Positions 60,810 through 64,000 of a DNA stretch of 64,000 bases are shown one piece after another. Position numbers and translations under genes: made by a program. The notes under the pieces are model-generated. The model was given only the letters and a program-made list of their open reading frames with translations. It had not been told where the DNA came from and made no database searches. The DNA comes from Nannocystis bainbridge (GTDB taxonomy: Bacteria; Myxococcota_A; Polyangia; Nannocystales; Nannocystaceae). Numbering within the stretch: position 1 is the stretch's first letter; every line of letters starts with the position of its first letter. The stretch lies in NCBI RefSeq assembly GCF_028368995.1, contig NZ_JAQNDL010000003.1, forward strand, positions 2,400,001 through 2,464,000. The letters run 5' to 3'.

Positions 60810-62021
60810 ATGCCTTCTTATGTGCGCATGCGCTCGACACGATGTCTTCCCTTGGTCCTGCTGACCGCGTGCACCGTCTATCAGGTCCCCGACGAGGGGG
60901 ACACCGACACTACCGGAGCGACCAGCATCGGGACCGGTTTGACCGGCACTGGCACTGGCACCGACGCCACGACCGACCAGCCTGACCCGACGACCTCGTC
61001 GACCAGCAGCAGCACCACCGGACCCGACCCGAGCGCCGGGCCCAGCAGCGACCCGACCGTCAGCAGCGATCCGACCACGGAAGATCCGCCGCCTGCGGAC
61101 TGCGACTTCCCGACCTCGATCCAGCCGATCTTCAGCGCCAGCTGCGGCTGCCACCTCAGCGGCATGCCGCCCAAGGGGCTGGTGCTCAGCGAGGGCTCGG
61201 CGTTTGCCGCGCTGGTCGGCGTCGACAGCATGGGCCAGCCCGGCACCCCGCACGTCGACCCGGGCAACTCGGCCGGCAGCTGGCTCATCACCAAGCTCAA
61301 CCCGGCGCCGCCGGTCGGCCTGCAGATGCCCGAGGGCGGCATGCTCTCGGCCGACCAGATCGCCCTGATCGCCGCCTGGATCGACGCCGGCGCGCCCGAG
61401 GCCGGCTCGTTCGCCTGCGACGGCGGCAGCCAGGGCGAGGCCGGCTCGGTCACCATCGACGAGCAGGGCCCGGCGAACGTGGAGATCGGCGAGATGCTGG
61501 ACCTCGACGTCACGGTCCTCGACGCCCAGGGCGACCCGGTCGTCGGCCCGACGGTCAAGTGGATCTCGAGCGACGAGACGGTCCTCTACGTCGACGCCAA
61601 GGGCACCCTGCTCGGCCTCAACCCCGGCACCTCCGAGGTGACCGCCGAGGTCGAGGGCGTGACGAGCGAGCCGCTGTCGGTCTCGGTCCTCAACAACCAG
61701 GCGGTCGCCGCCGCCAGCTTCACCGACGCGCTCAACGTGCTCTCGACCAACTGCGGCTGCCACAAGGGCGCGATGCCCCCCGCCGCCCTGGCCTTCGACC
61801 TCGCCGGCCCCGACGTGCTCGCCGCCCTGCTCGCCCCCGCCACCCAGGACCCGGCGACCAAGCGCGTCATCCCCGACCTCCCGGGCAGCAGCTACCTGTT
61901 CAAGAAGCTCACCCGCACCGTCCAGACCACCGGCGAGCAGATGCCGAAGGGCAAGGCCCCGCTCGAGGCCGAGAAGGTGCAGATCCTGTTCCGCTGGATC
62001 TTCAACGGCGCGCCGGCCTGA
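60810..62021 (+). CDS. Lipoprotein with two cytochrome c-like domains (CxCH motifs) flanking an Ig-like domain
   Basis: Lipobox LTAC; SCGCH...QMP...WIDAGA; Ig-like WISSD...VTAEVEG; NCGCH...QMP...WIFNGA. Start may be 60828. Confidence 0.8.
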   Translation: MPSYVRMRSTRCLPLVLLTACTVYQVPDEGDTDTTGATSIGTGLTGTGTGTDATTDQPDPTTSSTSSSTTGPDPSAGPSSDPTVSSDPTTEDPPPADCDFPTSIQPIFSASCGCHLSGMPPKGLVLSEGSAFAALVGVDSMGQPGTPHVDPGNSAGSWLITKLNPAPPVGLQMPEGGMLSADQIALIAAWIDAGAPEAGSFACDGGSQGEAGSVTIDEQGPANVEIGEMLDLDVTVLDAQGDPVVGPTVKWISSDETVLYVDAKGTLLGLNPGTSEVTAEVEGVTSEPLSVSVLNNQAVAAASFTDALNVLSTNCGCHKGAMPPAALAFDLAGPDVLAALLAPATQDPATKRVIPDLPGSSYLFKKLTRTVQTTGEQMPKGKAPLEAEKVQILFRWIFNGAPA

Positions 62022-62022
62022 C

Positions 62023-62106
62023 CGGCACTCGGGACATGCTCGAACGAGCATGTCCCGAACGACATGTCTTGAGTGACATGCCCCGACGGGCATGTCACTT
62101 CAGACA
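62023..62106. repeat. Tandem array of six 14-bp palindromic units
   Basis: cggcactcgggaca / tgctcgaacgagca / tgtcccgaacgaca / tgtcttgagtgaca / tgccccgacgggca / tgtcacttcagaca; fills the convergent intergenic gap. Confidence 0.92.
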
Positions 62107-62108
62107 TC

Positions 62109-62906
62109 TCAGGCCGCGCCGAGCAGCGCCCCGCGCTCGGCCAGGTCGGCGAAGTAGCCGGCCATCGCCGCCAGGAGCTCGTCGTCCAGCGCCACCCCGA
62201 GCTCCGCGCACGCGCCCTGCAGGGCGCCCTGCAGCGGCTCTCCGGCCAGCAGTCGCTCCGTCACCGCCGCCGCCCGCGGCGTCAGCTCGAGCGTCTTGAC
62301 CTGATGGTCGCTCCGATCGCGGTACTGCAGCAGCGCCGTCGCCTCGGCCGGCGGCGCCTCTGTCGCGCTCGCGCGGTGGACCGCCCAGCGGTAGCGGCGG
62401 AGCCGGACCGTGCCATCGAACTGTACCGGCCCGTCGAGCGCCAGCGGCTTGCCGCTCGCGGCCTCCCCGCCGGCCGGCAGGTTGCCGAGCTCGGCATCCG
62501 ACCACTCGTGCAGCGCCAGCTCGAGCAGATAATCCGGCAGCGTCGTGTCGACCGCCCACCGCGGCCGGGCCCATCTTAAAAACTCGCCCGTCACCCGCCA
62601 GAAGTACGGGGCCACCGGCGCCGCCTCGGCCACGAACTGGGCGATCTCCAGCCGCAGCCGCAGTCGGCCGAGCCGCGTCGCCGTGTTCGGCAAGAAGTCC
62701 TCCACCGCCCCGCGCAGCCGCCCGTGGACCATCGTGCGGTAGATCGCCAGCCGCTCGGCCGCCGCTTCCGGCAACGCGACCAGCGCCTCGGCCGGCACCC
62801 CGTGGCCGGCCAAAAATCCCTGCACGTCGGCCTTCACCGCTGCCGGCGCCTCGAGCTCGATCACGCTGGCGGCGAACGCCCGGATCCACGCCTCCTCGCC
62901 GCTCAT
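62109..62906 (-). CDS. DUF2063-like partner protein of DUF692
   Basis: RLAIYRTMV...FLP...PYF...EF...YLLELALHEW; ATGA overlap with the DUF692 gene. Confidence 0.8.
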   Translation of the reverse strand: MSGEEAWIRAFAASVIELEAPAAVKADVQGFLAGHGVPAEALVALPEAAAERLAIYRTMVHGRLRGAVEDFLPNTATRLGRLRLRLEIAQFVAEAAPVAPYFWRVTGEFLRWARPRWAVDTTLPDYLLELALHEWSDAELGNLPAGGEAASGKPLALDGPVQFDGTVRLRRYRWAVHRASATEAPPAEATALLQYRDRSDHQVKTLELTPRAAAVTERLLAGEPLQGALQGACAELGVALDDELLAAMAGYFADLAERGALLGAA

Positions 62907-63796
62907 GCCGCCGCTCCTGCCGCGTGGCGGGCCAGCGCCGCCTGGTACACCGCGTCGACGCGGTCGCGCTCGGCCAGCAGCTCGGCCAGCGGCGGGATGT
63001 TCTCGTCGCGCTCGAGCAGGACCGGCAGCGCACCTGTCCTTTCGATCACCCACGCCAGCAGCGCGTCGACCTCGCTGCGAACCGGCGCCCCGTGGGTGTC
63101 GATGATCAGGTCGCGGCGCTCGTCGTCCCAGAACTCGTGACCGGCCACGTGCAGCTGGACCACCCGATCGAGCGGGACTCGGGCCAACCACTCGAGCGGG
63201 TCGAAGCCGAAGTTGCTCGCGTTGACGAACACATTGTTGACGTCGAGCAGCAGCCCGCAGTCGGCCCGCTCGAGCACCTCGACCACGAACGCCGCCTCGT
63301 CGAGCGGCGCCCCCCCGAGCGGCAGGTAGTAGCTGATGTTCTCGACCAGCATCGGCCGCTCCAGCCGCTCCGACACCTCGCGCACGCGGGCCGCCACGCG
63401 CCTGGCCGACGCCGTCGTCCACGGCAGCGGCAGCAGGTCGTGCAGCATCTTGCCGTCGTGGCCCGAGAAGCACAGGTGGTCCGAGTGCCACGGCGACCGC
63501 AGGCCGGCGTCGAGGAACCCGCGCAGGCCCGCCAAGAATTCCGCGTCGAGCGGATCGAGCCCGCCGAGCGACAGCGACAGCCCGTGCGAAAGGATCGGGA
63601 ACCGCTCCGCCACGCTCGCCAGGCGGGCCGGTCGGCTGCCGCCGCGCGCCACGTAGTTGTCCGGTGAGACCTCCCAGAACGGCACCCGCCCGTCGGCCGC
63701 CCCGCGATCGACCTCCGCGAGGAACGGCCCGCGCAGCCCGAGGCCGACCCCGGTGGGCACCGCGGCGCGCGCGGATATACCTGCTCGAAAAGACAT
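62903..63796 (-). CDS. DUF692 multinuclear non-heme iron oxidative enzyme (MNIO)
   Basis: GLGLR, EVSPDNY, HGLSLSLG, SDHLC, HDLLP, ENISYY, LLDVNN, HVAGH, IDTH, LERD. Start may be GTG near 63760. Confidence 0.93.
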   Translation of the reverse strand: MSFRAGISARAAVPTGVGLGLRGPFLAEVDRGAADGRVPFWEVSPDNYVARGGSRPARLASVAERFPILSHGLSLSLGGLDPLDAEFLAGLRGFLDAGLRSPWHSDHLCFSGHDGKMLHDLLPLPWTTASARRVAARVREVSERLERPMLVENISYYLPLGGAPLDEAAFVVEVLERADCGLLLDVNNVFVNASNFGFDPLEWLARVPLDRVVQLHVAGHEFWDDERRDLIIDTHGAPVRSEVDALLAWVIERTGALPVLLERDENIPPLAELLAERDRVDAVYQAALARHAAGAAA

Positions 63797-63833
63797 GTCC
63801 GAAGAAACAGTGTGGGGTCTCGGCCGACCCCGC

Positions 63834-64000
63834 TCATGGGCCGGTGGGCCTGGCGAAGATGGCGCGACGGACCGCGGCTGCCGGGGCGGATTGGCGGATC
63901 TTCACCTCACCGTCTATCACATCGAGCCCGAGCTTCCCATACAGCGCGGCCAGCTCCGGGAACTCCGCGCGCGGCAGCCACGACCCCGCCAGCTCGGTGA
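63834..64000 (-). CDS. 3' end of a gene entering from the right edge (unknown product)
   Basis: Open frame ...TELAGSWLPRAEFPELAALYGKLGLDVIDGEVKIRQSAPAAAVRRAIFARPTGP, stop TGA at 63834-63836. Confidence 0.65.
   Translation of the reverse strand, partial: TELAGSWLPRAEFPELAALYGKLGLDVIDGEVKIRQSAPAAAVRRAIFARPTGP

Overview
High-GC window that looks myxobacterial (MYXO-CTERM protein, several Ser/Thr kinases, many Cys-rich lipoproteins; Nannocystis/Polyangia-like by inference). It holds about 50 CDSs, including secA, serC, rnhA, trxB, maf, a LeuB-family dehydrogenase, an ECF sigma/putative anti-sigma/caspase operon, a heterodimeric ABC exporter coupled to DegP, a HelD-like helicase and a DUF692/DUF2063 pair. 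I found no rRNA, tRNA, CRISPR array or transposase. The strongest unexplained signal is a degenerate 14-bp palindrome, consensus TGTCC-N4-GGACA. It forms abutting tandem arrays with exact 14-bp period at 7 of the 10 convergent gene junctions and at none of the divergent ones. It also occurs as single, paired and five-unit copies inside coding genes, often with A/T-ending codons that are unusual here. This suggests an iterated DNA element or protein-binding-site system. Other points of note: a lipoprotein with two contracted CxCH heme motifs, a DUF692 (MNIO) pair with no adjacent precursor, and three genes missing from the ORF track. All product calls come from reading motifs by eye; no database search was run.
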